A stretch of DNA of 64,000 bases, from the NCBI GenBank assembly GCA_964526265.1, contig CAZGIL010000001.1, positions 8,248 to 72,247 of the forward strand. The letters run 5' to 3'. The notes beneath the pieces are model-generated. The model saw only the letters and a list, made by a program, of their open reading frames with translations, did no database searches and was not told the origin of the DNA. How positions within the stretch are numbered: the stretch's first letter is position 1; each line of letters starts with the position of its first letter. Position numbers and translations under genes: made by a program. Positions 1-9,907 of the stretch are shown one piece after another. This stretch comes from Candidatus Woesearchaeota archaeon (GTDB lineage: Archaea; Nanobdellota; Nanobdellia; Pacearchaeales; GW2011-AR1).

Positions 1-1593
1 CCCATAAAGTAGAATTCCTCTTGATGGCCTAATTCCAAGACGCTTAAAACTCTCAGGATGTTTAAGTGGCCATTCAACCGCCTCTTTCAATTCTTGTTTA
101 ACAGAATCCAGTCCACCAACGCCATCCCAATCAACATTTGGAGTTTCAATCAAAACTTCTCTCATAGCAGAAGGCCTTACCACCTTCAACGCATCCCTAA
201 AATCCTCCATAGTAACAATTAGTTTCTCAAGAATCTCGGGAGCAATTTGTTCCTGCCCCTCATCCAAATTCATTGAAGGAAGAAGTTTTCTCAAAACATT
301 CATTGCAGCCTCTTTTGAAAGTGCTTCCAAATCTGCACCAACAAATCCATGAGTTAAATTTGCTATCTTAACTAAATCAACATCTTTTGTTAAAGGCATA
401 CCTCTTGTATGAATCTTAAGAATTGCTAATCTTCCTTCCTTACTTGGAACACCTACCTCAATTTCTCTGTCAAATCTTCCCGGACGTCTTAATGCTGGAT
501 CTAGGGCATTAACTCTATTTGTTGCTCCAATAACAATAACCTTTCCACGAGCTTTCAACCCATCCATCATTGTTAATATCTGCGAAACAACTCTTCTTTC
601 AACCTCTCCATGAACTTCCTCTCTCTTTGGAGCAATTGCATCAATTTCATCTATAAAAATTATGGAAGGAGCGTTCTTCTCTGCTTCTTCAAAGATATCT
701 CTTATTTTCTTTTCGGATTCACCATAAAACTTTGACATTATCTCTGGACCATTCAGCAAAATAAAGTTTGCTTCCGTTTCAGTTGCCACCGCCTTAGCTA
801 AAAGAGTTTTACCTGTGCCAGGAGGTCCGTGCAGTAAAACTCCTTTAGGTGGCTCAACTCCTAATTTTTGGAAAATTTCAGGGTGCTTCATAGGAATTTC
901 TACCATCTCTCTTATCTTCTTTATCTCTTCGGTTAATCCTCCAATATCCTCATAATGAATTTCTTGAAAACTATCTCCAGAAGTTTCAACGGCCTTAGGA
1001 TTAAGAGAAACTTCTGTATTCTCCGTAATAATTATCGGACCGATTGGACTTGAATTTACCACCATAAATTTTATCTGGGTAATTCCTCCTCCTAAATTTC
1101 CTCCGAATCCCATATTCTCAAAAATATCTCCAAACATATCATTCAACTCTCCGTAATCCTCTGATAACAAATCTTTTCTTCTCTGAACTCCTCCAAGCAT
1201 AACAATATCTCCTTTCATTACAGCTCTTCCCAAAAGTCCTCTCCTCAAACTTTCTGGATCTCCCTGAACCATAATCCCTTTTTGAGCAGGAGCAATAGTA
1301 ATTTTCTTCGCTTCCTTAATCTCAGCAGGAATGACATAAACCAAATCACCAACACCAGATTTAGAATTTTTTCTGAGAATACCATCAATTCTAAGTATTC
1401 CCTGTCCGATATCTGCCGGATAAGCTCTATCCGCAATTGCAACAGTTTCTCTTCCACCTCGGATAATAATTACATCCCCCCTAGAAATTCCAAGTTGTCG
1501 CATTATAGATTCATCTAATCTTGCAACTCCTTTGTAAGCATCATCTTGCAAAGCTTCAACAACCTTCAATTGTATTTTCTTTTCTTTAGGCAT
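1..1593 (-). CDS. cdc48: CDC48/VCP family AAA+ ATPase (3' end runs off window)
   Basis: Hand-translated, not in ORF track. Starts [27 protein letters not shown]; contains [27 protein letters not shown] and [17 protein letters not shown] overlaps the upstream stop (TAATG). Confidence 0.95.
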   Translation of the reverse strand, partial: MPKEKKIQLKVVEALQDDAYKGVARLDESIMRQLGISRGDVIIIRGGRETVAIADRAYPADIGQGILRIDGILRKNSKSGVGDLVYVIPAEIKEAKKITIAPAQKGIMVQGDPESLRRGLLGRAVMKGDIVMLGGVQRRKDLLSEDYGELNDMFGDIFENMGFGGNLGGGITQIKFMVVNSSPIGPIIITENTEVSLNPKAVETSGDSFQEIHYEDIGGLTEEIKKIREMVEIPMKHPEIFQKLGVEPPKGVLLHGPPGTGKTLLAKAVATETEANFILLNGPEIMSKFYGESEKKIRDIFEEAEKNAPSIIFIDEIDAIAPKREEVHGEVERRVVSQILTMMDGLKARGKVIVIGATNRVNALDPALRRPGRFDREIEVGVPSKEGRLAILKIHTRGMPLTKDVDLVKIANLTHGFVGADLEALSKEAAMNVLRKLLPSMNLDEGQEQIAPEILEKLIVTMEDFRDALKVVRPSAMREVLIETPNVDWDGVGGLDSVKQELKEAVEWPLKHPESFKRLGIRPSRGILLYG

Positions 1594-1967
1594 TATCTTT
1601 TTATCTCCTTTTTAATTTCGTTTCCCTCGACTTCGTGAAAATTAAGACTTAACTTTCCCATTTCCTCAAAACACAAATTAACCATATCGTCCATGAGTTT
1701 TCTCTGTTCACCCATAAAAGAAACAATCTCTTTTGGAATAGAAATTGCATAACTATTACCCACCATTCTCATCTTAACAGTAAATTGTTTATTCTTTAAT
1801 CCAACATATTTCAAATATTCCTGCTCGTCGACAGGGTGAATAATTTTATCATGACATTTAGGACAAATAACCGCTCTAAGAATAAATCCATTTCGTGCAA
1901 CTTGCGCTTTTTGCATTTTTGTATTGCATTTCTTGCATAAAATAGTATTATCAAATATATCTGACAT
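1593..1967 (-). CDS. Zn-ribbon + AbrB/MazE-like DNA-binding protein
   Basis: CxxC...CPKC N-terminus; [17 protein letters not shown] is an AbrB-type swapped-hairpin motif; translationally coupled to cdc48. Confidence 0.7.
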   Translation of the reverse strand: MSDIFDNTILCKKCNTKMQKAQVARNGFILRAVICPKCHDKIIHPVDEQEYLKYVGLKNKQFTVKMRMVGNSYAISIPKEIVSFMGEQRKLMDDMVNLCFEEMGKLSLNFHEVEGNEIKKEIKR

Positions 1968-1998
1968 AGTGTATACAGGGAAGTGTATACTATTTAAA
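1968..1998 (-). promoter_or_regulatory. TATA box plus tandem AGTGTATAC putative operator
   Basis: AGTGTATAC at 1968-1976 and 1982-1990 (palindromic GTATAC core, 14-bp period) between TTTAAATA (1991-1998) and the leaderless ATG at 1967. Confidence 0.55.
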
Positions 1999-2058
1999 TC
2001 TTTCGGGATTACTCCAACCGAGAAAAACCCTTAAAAACGCTCAATAACTAACTCCTTT

Positions 2059-2682
2059 ATGAAAATAAAAGAGATTTGGAAAAAATTCTGGAATCTTCTT
2101 TGGAAAGATGACTCATGGAAAGGATGGTTATTCTCAATAGTTGTTTTGTTCATATTCATAAAATTCATTTTCTTTCCGGTTTTAGGGTTATTAACAGGAA
2201 CGACTCTTCCTCTCGCAATAGTGGAATCCTGCTCCATGTACCACGACGGAAACCTCCTTTCAAGTTTTGACGGATGGTGGCAAACTCACGAAGGAAAATA
2301 CAACGAATTAAACATAACTCAAAAAGAATTTTCGGATTTCAAAATGAGACGCGGATTCAATAAAGGAGATATATTATTTATCCTTGGAGCAAATCCAGAT
2401 AAATTAAAGGTTGGGGATATAATTATCTTTAGTGCAAATCAAAAAATTCCGATAATCCATAGAATAATCTCTATTAGAGAAGATTCTTCAACAGGGGAAA
2501 AGATATTCTCAACGGAAGGAGATAACAACAACGGACAACTTCCCGCAGAAAGAGAAATACGCGAAAATCAACTAATAGGAAAAGCTGTTTTCAAACTAGC
2601 TCCCTATCTCGGATGGGTAAAATTAATCTTCTTTGAATATCAAAAGCCTTCTTCAGAGAGAGGTTTCTGCGAGGAAAACTAA
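2059..2682 (+). CDS. sec11: Signal peptidase I (Sec11/SPC-type)
   Basis: N-terminal TM, VESCSM serine motif, GDII, IIHRI, T-x-GDNN. Confidence 0.85.
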   Translation: MKIKEIWKKFWNLLWKDDSWKGWLFSIVVLFIFIKFIFFPVLGLLTGTTLPLAIVESCSMYHDGNLLSSFDGWWQTHEGKYNELNITQKEFSDFKMRRGFNKGDILFILGANPDKLKVGDIIIFSANQKIPIIHRIISIREDSSTGEKIFSTEGDNNNGQLPAEREIRENQLIGKAVFKLAPYLGWVKLIFFEYQKPSSERGFCEEN

Positions 2683-2758
2683 TCAAAAGTATTAAAAACC
2701 TCGAATAAATAGCCCCTCTATTACAAACGTTTAAAAAAGGTGCTTATTAAAACAACCA

Positions 2759-3067
2759 ATGGAGTTTTGTCCAAAATGCGGAGCGATACTTGTCCAGAAA
2801 GCGAAGAACGCTGGATGCCCTAGATGCAGTTATTCTTCTAAAGGTAAAATGAAAATTAAAACCTCCGAGTCTTTAAATGAAAGAAAGGAAGTTGTTGTTG
2901 TCTCTACAAAAGATGCCGAAACTCGTCCAATAGTTAACGAAAAATGTAAAGAGTGTGGAAATGAAAAAGCCTATTTCTGGACAGTTCAAACAAGAGCTTC
3001 AGATGAAGCCGAAACCAAATTCTTTAAGTGTACCAAGTGCGATCACACCTGGAGATCTTATAGATAG
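2759..3067 (+). CDS. tfs: Transcription factor S (TFS/RpoM)
   Basis: FCPKCG N-terminal ribbon; QTRASDEAET...CTKC...W C-terminal ribbon. Confidence 0.93.
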   Translation: MEFCPKCGAILVQKAKNAGCPRCSYSSKGKMKIKTSESLNERKEVVVVSTKDAETRPIVNEKCKECGNEKAYFWTVQTRASDEAETKFFKCTKCDHTWRSYR

Positions 3068-3074
3068 TTCTAAA

Positions 3075-3191
3075 TGGCCCCGATGGGACTTGAACCCACG
3101 ACACCCGGATTTCTTCGAAAGCCTGTCCTTTCTCAGGACTCAACTTCGTTTCGTAAGAGTCCGGTGCTCTACCAAGCTGAGCTACGGAGCC
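3075..3191 (-). tRNA. tRNA-Lys(CTT) with 43-nt intron at 37/38 (3111-3153)
   Basis: Acceptor GGCTCCG/CGGGGCC-A, D-arm GCTCAGCTTGGTAGAGC, anticodon stem CCGGA/TCCGG, T-loop TTCAAGT; relaxed BHB with one C-A mismatch in the central helix. Confidence 0.9.
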
Positions 3192-3297
3192 ATAATAATC
3201 TTAAAATAAATCTGTTTAAAAAACTTCTCAAAGAACAAAAGATTCATTAACGTTTACAAATTATAGAAACTATTCTTTCAGGGGCGGTAGTTCTGGT

Positions 3298-3564
3298 TTA
3301 TTTAACCAGCTTCTGTATATTATCTATTGCATCCGCGACGTCTATTCCTTTCTTGGTGAGCTTTATTAGTTTAATTCGCCCCTTTTTTTCAAAATCCACT
3401 AACTTAAGCTCTTCCAACGTTTGCAATATCTTCACTGCGTGGCTATAAGTGCAATCCACTTCCTTAGCCAAAACACTACCATACCTCATCCTATTGTTCT
3501 TCTTCAAAGATACCAACATTAGTGCCGGCTTTCTCCTGAAAAAGATGTCGAAATTGTCTTTCAT
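3298..3564 (-). CDS. Winged-helix (MarR-like) DNA-binding protein
   Basis: LAKEVDCTYSHAVKIL HTH, wing KKGRIKLIKLTKKG. Confidence 0.8.
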   Translation of the reverse strand: MKDNFDIFFRRKPALMLVSLKKNNRMRYGSVLAKEVDCTYSHAVKILQTLEELKLVDFEKKGRIKLIKLTKKGIDVADAIDNIQKLVK

Positions 3565-3716
3565 TTTCGGATGTATGTGTTTTAAACTATATATTCAGAT
3601 GGTAGTGTCCTTTTAAATGTTTTGGAGTATTATATTCGTCCACAGCCAGTAATAAAAATTTAGGTAAAAATAATCAAAACAAATAATTTTATTAACAAAG
3701 ACTCTCTCAATTAATT

Positions 3717-4337
3717 ATGGTTACAAAATCAGGTAAAACCAAGATTCTAGCAATAGGAGATATCCATGGAGATACTGGATTAGTTAAAAAACTAGCCGAA
3801 AGAGCCAAAAAGGAAAATATTGACTTAGTAATTTTAGCGGGAGACTTAACTTTTGCAGAAACCTCAACAAAAAACCTAATCGGCCCATTCCTCAAAGCGA
3901 AGAAAGAGGTTTTAATCATTCCGGGCAACCATGAATCGGTTGCAACAATAAATTTTCTTGCAGATATGTACTCAAACACAAAAAACATTCATGGCTATTC
4001 TTTTCAAAAATACGATTTGGGTGTTTTTGGAGCGGGCTCCGCAGATATTGGAATAAATCAGACAAAAGATTCAGAAATATTTGAACTTCTAAGAAAAGGA
4101 CACGATAAAATAAAAGACTTGAAGAAACAAATAATGGTAACCCACATGCATCATCATGGGAGCAAGGCAGAGTTCTCTGGATGGCCAGGAAGCAAGGCGG
4201 TAAGAAAAGCAATTGATAAATTTCATCCGGATATTTTAATCAGTTCGCACATCCACGAAGCCGGAGGCATAGAAGAAAAGATAGGAAAAACAAGAATTAT
4301 TAACGTTTCAAGAAAGCCGAAGGTGTTTGAGATTTAA
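3717..4337 (+). CDS. Calcineurin-like metallophosphoesterase
   Basis: GDIHG, AGD, PGNHE, THMH, SHIHE motifs. Confidence 0.88.
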   Translation: MVTKSGKTKILAIGDIHGDTGLVKKLAERAKKENIDLVILAGDLTFAETSTKNLIGPFLKAKKEVLIIPGNHESVATINFLADMYSNTKNIHGYSFQKYDLGVFGAGSADIGINQTKDSEIFELLRKGHDKIKDLKKQIMVTHMHHHGSKAEFSGWPGSKAVRKAIDKFHPDILISSHIHEAGGIEEKIGKTRIINVSRKPKVFEI

Positions 4338-4393
4338 ACCAACAACTTTATAAATAATCTCAAAGATAAAGAATTAACCGCAGAGGTTTCATA

Positions 4394-6868
4394 GTGAAAA
4401 AGAAACAAAAATCCCGTGCGGAGAAGACAGCCGAAAACTACTTCCCCGTGGACGAAGATGACCTTAAGAACACAACGGAAAAACAAATAAGACCCCCGTT
4501 ACCCAGAAAGGAATTTCTAAAAAAATCTATCGAAATTGAAGTAAAACCACAACTATCTGAAAAAGAAATTGTTAAAGGAACCGTAGAAAAAGCTTACAAC
4601 AAACCAGATAGGAGAGATTTAGAAAGTATTGAGGGTGTTGAAAGTTCAGAGAATGTTCCAAAAAAAACAAGAGGAAAAACTCGTTCAAGAAAACCTTCCC
4701 TAAAAACAAAAATAAGAAAAACAAAATCCCCACGAACAACCACAAAACAAGTAAAATATTCTCCAGAAAAAATAAGTCTTAAATCAGAAGGTTATGAATT
4801 AATAATAACCGAAAAACCGCAAGCCGCAAACAAAATTGCAACCGCCTTAGGAAAAGCAACCCAGAGAGTTTCAAATAAAGTTTCTTACTATGATTTAAAC
4901 AAAAACGGAAAAGAGATTGTAGTTGCCTGCGCAGTCGGACACTTGTTAACTTTAAAACAAAAAGTTATGGGTTCCCAAATTCCTATTTTTGATATTGGAT
5001 GGGTTCCAAATTACCTCGCAAGAAAAGGCGATTTCACAAAAAGGTATTATGATACAATAAAACAACTTGCAAAAAATGCGAGAAGTATTACAATCGCAAC
5101 GGATTATGATATTGAAGGAGAAGTTATAGGATTAAATGTTGTAAGATATATCTGCGGACAAAAAGACGCAAATAGAATGAAGTTCTCAACTCTTACTACA
5201 AAAGAAATAAATGATGCTTACGAAAATAAAAAACCCCATCTCGACTGGGCACAAGCAATTGCGGGAGAAACACGTCACTACTTAGATTGGTTTTACGGTA
5301 TAAATCTCTCAAGAGCGCTAATGAACGCAATAAAAACAACCGGAAGCTTCAGAATAATGTCTATTGGAAGGGTTCAGGGCCCAGCACTAAAACTAATTGT
5401 AGACAAAGAAAGAGAGATACTAAACTTCAAGACAGAAACCTATTGGCAGCCATTCATAACAATCAGCAATGGAAAAAACAAACTAGAATTAAAATATGTT
5501 AAAGATATTTTTAGCCCCGAAGGGGTCCCAAATTGGGACAAGGAAGAGCTAAAAAAGTTTGAGAACCTAAAAGGACAAAAAGCACAAGCCTCAACCACTA
5601 AGAGTGAAGAGATTCTCCCTCCAAATCCTCCATTTGATTTAACAACGCTGCAGACAGAAGCCTACAAATTTTATGGAATTACTCCCTCAAAAACTCTTCA
5701 AGCTGCACAATCGCTTTATCTCGGAGGACTAATCTCATATCCAAGAACCTCTTCCCAAAAACTTCCGGATTCAATTGACTACAAAACAATCTTAGAAACA
5801 ATGGCAAAAAAATACAAAGCCGAGAAATTAATAACAAAAAACAAACCAATTGAAGGTAAAAAAACAGACCCGGCACACCCTTCCATCTACCCAACCGGAA
5901 ACTTTCAAATTCTCTCAGGAGACGAAGAAAAGATTTACAATCTGATTGCAAGAAGATTTCTCTCTTTGTTCTGTGATGACGCAATAATAGACAAAAAAAG
6001 AATAGCCGCTATAACAGAAAACAATTTAACCTTTTCAACAAGGGGTTCGGCTATACGCAAAAAAGGGTGGCTTGAAGTTTATCCTTCCAAACTAAAAGAA
6101 ACCGAAGTTCCGGACATGGAAGGGGAAGTGGAGATTATAGACTCCAGAATAGAAGAGAAACAAACCCAACCCCCAAAGAGATTCTCACCAGCATCAATAA
6201 TCTCCGAGCTTGAGAAAAAAAATCTAGGAACAAAAGCCACAAGGGCAAATATTCTTGAAACACTCTACGATAGAGGATATGTAAAAGGGCAAAGCATAAC
6301 CGCCACTCCCCTCGGAATGTCCCTCATCGAAACCCTTGAAAAATACTCCCCAATAATAATTGATGAAAAGCTTACACGGAAATTCGAAAATGAAATGGAA
6401 TCCATAACCAAATCAAAGGGAGATTATGAAAAAAGAGAAGAAAAGATAATAAATGAGGCGAAAGAAACAATAACGGAGATTGCAAAAGATTTCGAAAAAA
6501 AAGAAAAAAGCATAGGAAAAGAACTCCTTAACGCCCAGAATAAACAAAGAAAACAACAGAAAATAGAAAATACTCTAGTACAATGTCCAAAATGCAAGAA
6601 AGGAAATCTCGCAATAACCTATTCACGCAAAAATAGAAGAAGTTTTATTGCATGTGATGCTTATCCCAACTGCAAAACTACTTACTCCCTTCCTCCAAAC
6701 GGAACAATAAAAAAGATAGATAATATTTGTGAAAAGTGCGGTTTCCCATTGCTAATGTCCTTAAGAAAAGGAAAGAAACCCTGGATTTTCTGTTTTAATA
6801 CTGAGTGTGAAACAAACAAAGAACGTTTAGAAGAATACCGTAAAAAGAAGGAAGCTAAAAATAACTAA
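4394..6868 (+). CDS. topA: DNA topoisomerase IA with N-terminal basic extension and C-terminal Zn ribbons
   Basis: IITEKP, ATDYDIEGE (TOPRIM), SIGRVQ, ISYPRT (catalytic Tyr), LGTKATR; GTG start preceded by GAGGT. Confidence 0.95.
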   Translation: MKKKQKSRAEKTAENYFPVDEDDLKNTTEKQIRPPLPRKEFLKKSIEIEVKPQLSEKEIVKGTVEKAYNKPDRRDLESIEGVESSENVPKKTRGKTRSRKPSLKTKIRKTKSPRTTTKQVKYSPEKISLKSEGYELIITEKPQAANKIATALGKATQRVSNKVSYYDLNKNGKEIVVACAVGHLLTLKQKVMGSQIPIFDIGWVPNYLARKGDFTKRYYDTIKQLAKNARSITIATDYDIEGEVIGLNVVRYICGQKDANRMKFSTLTTKEINDAYENKKPHLDWAQAIAGETRHYLDWFYGINLSRALMNAIKTTGSFRIMSIGRVQGPALKLIVDKEREILNFKTETYWQPFITISNGKNKLELKYVKDIFSPEGVPNWDKEELKKFENLKGQKAQASTTKSEEILPPNPPFDLTTLQTEAYKFYGITPSKTLQAAQSLYLGGLISYPRTSSQKLPDSIDYKTILETMAKKYKAEKLITKNKPIEGKKTDPAHPSIYPTGNFQILSGDEEKIYNLIARRFLSLFCDDAIIDKKRIAAITENNLTFSTRGSAIRKKGWLEVYPSKLKETEVPDMEGEVEIIDSRIEEKQTQPPKRFSPASIISELEKKNLGTKATRANILETLYDRGYVKGQSITATPLGMSLIETLEKYSPIIIDEKLTRKFENEMESITKSKGDYEKREEKIINEAKETITEIAKDFEKKEKSIGKELLNAQNKQRKQQKIENTLVQCPKCKKGNLAITYSRKNRRSFIACDAYPNCKTTYSLPPNGTIKKIDNICEKCGFPLLMSLRKGKKPWIFCFNTECETNKERLEEYRKKKEAKNN
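5513..5536 (+). repeat. Putative palindromic in-frame insertion in topA (SPEGVPNW)
   Basis: AGCCCCGAAGGGGTCCCAAATTGG(GAC): GC-rich double hairpin in an AT-rich gene, resembling the units in gatC and tyw3. Confidence 0.5.
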
Positions 6869-7218
6869 TCAGAAGAAGAAAATTTTCTTCTTAAGTCTTT
6901 TAAACTACCTCTAAAAGCCTCTCGAGTAGTTTTGGACCCCATATCATACCTTTCTCCAGCGGGAGAAACCAAATAAAAAGAACCATCCTCTAAAACAAGC
7001 TGATGAGAAACACCACCAAGACTAATTGTTGGAATGGGCTCCCCTATCGTTTCAAAAACATCTTTTTTACCAGAAGCATTACAATTCAAAACATCCGCTG
7101 CCTGATTGTCTTCCCTAATCGCTCTTTCTTCAGGTGGAAGGTGTCTTTCAAAATAAGCACTTTCCATAAGATGACATCTCTCTGCATTAGATTGATCTTT
7201 CATATCACTCATTCCCAT
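6865..7218 (-). CDS. Hypothetical protein
   Basis: 117-aa ORF filling the gap, with TTTATAAA box just upstream. Confidence 0.6.
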   Translation of the reverse strand: MGMSDMKDQSNAERCHLMESAYFERHLPPEERAIREDNQAADVLNCNASGKKDVFETIGEPIPTISLGGVSHQLVLEDGSFYLVSPAGERYDMGSKTTREAFRGSLKDLRRKFSSSD

Positions 7219-7252
7219 AGGTAATAGGTAAATTTAACCTTTATAAATATTT

Positions 7253-8470
7253 TTATACAAAGAAATCATTCAATCTTCTCTGTGTGGAAAGGGTTTTAAG
7301 CAACTTACTTCTTTCTAAAATAGAAGAATTATCAAAATTATACTTTATTTGAGAGATTTGCTTTGCCACATTTATTAGTTCCTCTCGAGAATTAAACTTT
7401 TTGGCGCCATTTCCAAGAGATTTTTTTACACTCTCTCTAACAACCCAAACTCCAAGCGCCGCCCAGTAAGTAGGAGTTTCGATTCTTACAACTAAAACAG
7501 AAGCTTGTCTTTTAATTGAATCCAAATACTTCAAAATAGGTAAACGAGTAGCATAATATCCTCCAGCTGTAGAAGAAGCATAACTCTTCCTTCCATAAAA
7601 ATCCTCATAATCAGTTGAAGCCTTTATTTCTTTAGAAGGATTCCACGAACTCCCAGGAAAGTATAATTCAAATAACTCATAACTCCAAACATTTGGGAAG
7701 AGCATTATAATATACTGGTTTCCGAGAAACTCCCCATAAAACATTTCATAATCTTCAATCCATTTGTAATCCCGAACTCTATTCAAAAGCATTTTTCCGA
7801 TTGTATCATCTGTTGCTGTAATACTCCATCTTGTTGGAACAAATCTTTTATTCTTCTTCAATCCTAAAACCCCAACACTCAAAATTTTATTTAACGGATA
7901 CTCATCAAATCCCTTCTTATACAACATTTCAATTCCCTCTGCCGCCTTTATCTCATCGTTTATCGCTTTATCAACATGCAAATCAACTTTAACATTCCCC
8001 ACAACCCTAGCACTCTTAAGCGGAGCCCCCATACTATGCGGAGTTGTAACTCTATTCTGTTTCCTCTTAAAATCCACCCCCCTTTTAAGTTCAATTTCAA
8101 CATCAACAGGCTTAGAAGCAATTGCAATTTCCTGCGCAATCTGAACAAACTTTCCAGAATTCCTAACATCTTTTACATTTGCTCTAAATCTCGAATTAAG
8201 CAAACTATCTCTCAGTCTTACAACATCCGCAATTCCGTAATTCTCCTGCGTCCAATATTTTTCGGCATCATAAACCCAAGCGTTCTCATCCCGTTCAAGA
8301 GGAGACATAATCCCAACATTTACTGTAGGATATCTTAATTTACTCCCAACAAAAACCGAAGGCGGAGAAATCGTATCAATCCTAGAAACCTTTCCCAACT
8401 CCTTAAATCTGCTCCTAAACTGAGATAACTTCTTTATCACTTCAAATTTTATGTTTTCTGCTGATTTCAT
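7253..8470 (-). CDS. nreA: Nre family DNA repair protein with C-terminal PIP box
   Basis: SPPSVFVG..YP, FVPTRWSITATDD, GGYYA, LGVWVVRE; C-terminal QRRLNDFF. Confidence 0.9.
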   Translation of the reverse strand: MKSAENIKFEVIKKLSQFRSRFKELGKVSRIDTISPPSVFVGSKLRYPTVNVGIMSPLERDENAWVYDAEKYWTQENYGIADVVRLRDSLLNSRFRANVKDVRNSGKFVQIAQEIAIASKPVDVEIELKRGVDFKRKQNRVTTPHSMGAPLKSARVVGNVKVDLHVDKAINDEIKAAEGIEMLYKKGFDEYPLNKILSVGVLGLKKNKRFVPTRWSITATDDTIGKMLLNRVRDYKWIEDYEMFYGEFLGNQYIIMLFPNVWSYELFELYFPGSSWNPSKEIKASTDYEDFYGRKSYASSTAGGYYATRLPILKYLDSIKRQASVLVVRIETPTYWAALGVWVVRESVKKSLGNGAKKFNSREELINVAKQISQIKYNFDNSSILERSKLLKTLSTQRRLNDFFV

Positions 8471-8483
8471 TATCCCTCTTTAA

Positions 8484-9224
8484 TTAAAACAAACCCCTCT
8501 TAAAAATTCCTTCCTTCCTTATCTCAAAACTCATCTCTTTTTGGGGCAGACTTCGGTGCTTAAGCAAGATTGCCTTCCTCTTCCCATTATTATTCTTTAA
8601 CTCAATTATGCACTTGCTCCAGTACTTGAACAAATCTCCCCCAACAATATTCGTCGCTCTCTCCTTCCCGCTTTTCCATTCTTCTTCCGAAAGAAACTCG
8701 GAATAAACTTGGTTTGTAATTATAACCGGTATCTCCTGCTTTCGAGCAATCTCGGCAAGTATTCTCATTTGCGAAGCAACCTCCCTGTTTATAACTCGTA
8801 CCTTATCCTCATCATCAGTTTGCATCGCATCTCCTCTCTCTAATCGATAGAGCATCGCCATTCCGTCGACAACAATAAGCGATGCGTGTTCTTTTTTAAT
8901 GCTCTCAAGAAGAGTCGCAAAAACCTTTTTTTGTTCATTAAAACTTGTTGGATTTAAAATTAAAATATTTCCTAAAATCTTTTCATAATCCGCATCTCCA
9001 ACAATTTGCCTAACTCTATCAACAGAAAATCCTCCTTCGGTATCAATAAAAATAACCTTTCCTCCTTTCTTTGCAAGACTGCACGCAGCAAGAAGAACAA
9101 AATTGGTTTTCCCGCTTCCCGGCCCCCCCGCAATCATAGTTATAACGTCCTTTTCATAACCTCCAAAAAGCCACCTATTCAAATCAAAACTTCCTGCAGA
9201 AATCTTGTCTTCGCGAATTACCAT
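8484..9224 (-). CDS. radB: DNA repair and recombination protein RadB
   Basis: GGPGSGKT, FIDTEGGFS, ITNQV, KHR motif; start moved to the ATG at 9224. Confidence 0.92.
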   Translation of the reverse strand: MVIREDKISAGSFDLNRWLFGGYEKDVITMIAGGPGSGKTNFVLLAACSLAKKGGKVIFIDTEGGFSVDRVRQIVGDADYEKILGNILILNPTSFNEQKKVFATLLESIKKEHASLIVVDGMAMLYRLERGDAMQTDDEDKVRVINREVASQMRILAEIARKQEIPVIITNQVYSEFLSEEEWKSGKERATNIVGGDLFKYWSKCIIELKNNNGKRKAILLKHRSLPQKEMSFEIRKEGIFKRGLF

Positions 9225-9287
9225 GAACAAAGAAAACACACATTTGCTTATATAAATTGTTATAAAAGAAAATAGCAATAAGAAGGT

Positions 9288-9563
9288 TCACCTTTGAGTT
9301 TTAGGGTTACAGCCCGGAATAATTCTCAAAGAACCATCTTTCATCCTAACCCCATAATCTTCCACCCCATCACCGTCAAAGTCCCCAATTGGTTTGTAGC
9401 TCTCAACCTCTGTTATTTTAACTCCTGAAGCAGAAAGGGACTGTGTATAATGAATTTCCCGGCTAGTCCATCTTTGATGCAGAGTATAAAAAACTCCTAA
9501 ACTAATCACAGTCACTAAGCCCCAGACAGATAGATTTACAAGCAAACCCCCCAAATTTTTCAT
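9288..9563 (-). CDS. Small membrane-anchored protein with DxDxDG motif
   Basis: N-terminal TM; GDFDGDGVED, an FG-GAP-like Ca-binding motif. Confidence 0.55.
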   Translation of the reverse strand: MKNLGGLLVNLSVWGLVTVISLGVFYTLHQRWTSREIHYTQSLSASGVKITEVESYKPIGDFDGDGVEDYGVRMKDGSLRIIPGCNPKTQR

Positions 9564-9608
9564 AAAAAAAAGAAAAATAGCCGATTAATAAAGATTACTA
9601 TCCTAAAT

Positions 9609-9872
9609 CTATTTCATCTTCTTAAAATCAGAAACAACCTTATCTAAATCTTTGGTAATCTTAGAAACCGCATCGTCAATTGCCTTTTTAGCTGTTTTTC
9701 CTTTTGTCGTTAACTTAAGAACCGGCTTCATTGTGGGATGATCTTGTCTCCAAGCAGTAAAACTAACTCCTTCATCTTGGTTAAGATAAACCCTCAAAAT
9801 TTCAACAATAGTAAGGTTATCAACTTCAATCTCCATTTCATCTTTTGAACTTTTCAGAACATTAACTTCCAT
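9609..9872 (-). CDS. rpoL: RNA polymerase subunit L (Rpo11)
   Basis: EILRVYL...V.F.AW..DHP...P.L pattern; start at ATG 9872. Confidence 0.85.
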   Translation of the reverse strand: MEVNVLKSSKDEMEIEVDNLTIVEILRVYLNQDEGVSFTAWRQDHPTMKPVLKLTTKGKTAKKAIDDAVSKITKDLDKVVSDFKKMK

Positions 9873-9907
9873 GATAAGAGTGATTAAAAATGATTTATAA
9901 AGGTTTC

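Noticed and set aside
1245..1518. Short ORFs 1245-1457(-) and 1282-1518(+)
   Set aside because: Shadows of cdc48, which the ORF track missed because it runs off the window.
2955..3209. 84-aa + strand ORF
   Set aside because: Overlaps tfs and is antisense to tRNA-Lys; the WDLNP peptide is the typical translation of an antisense T-arm.
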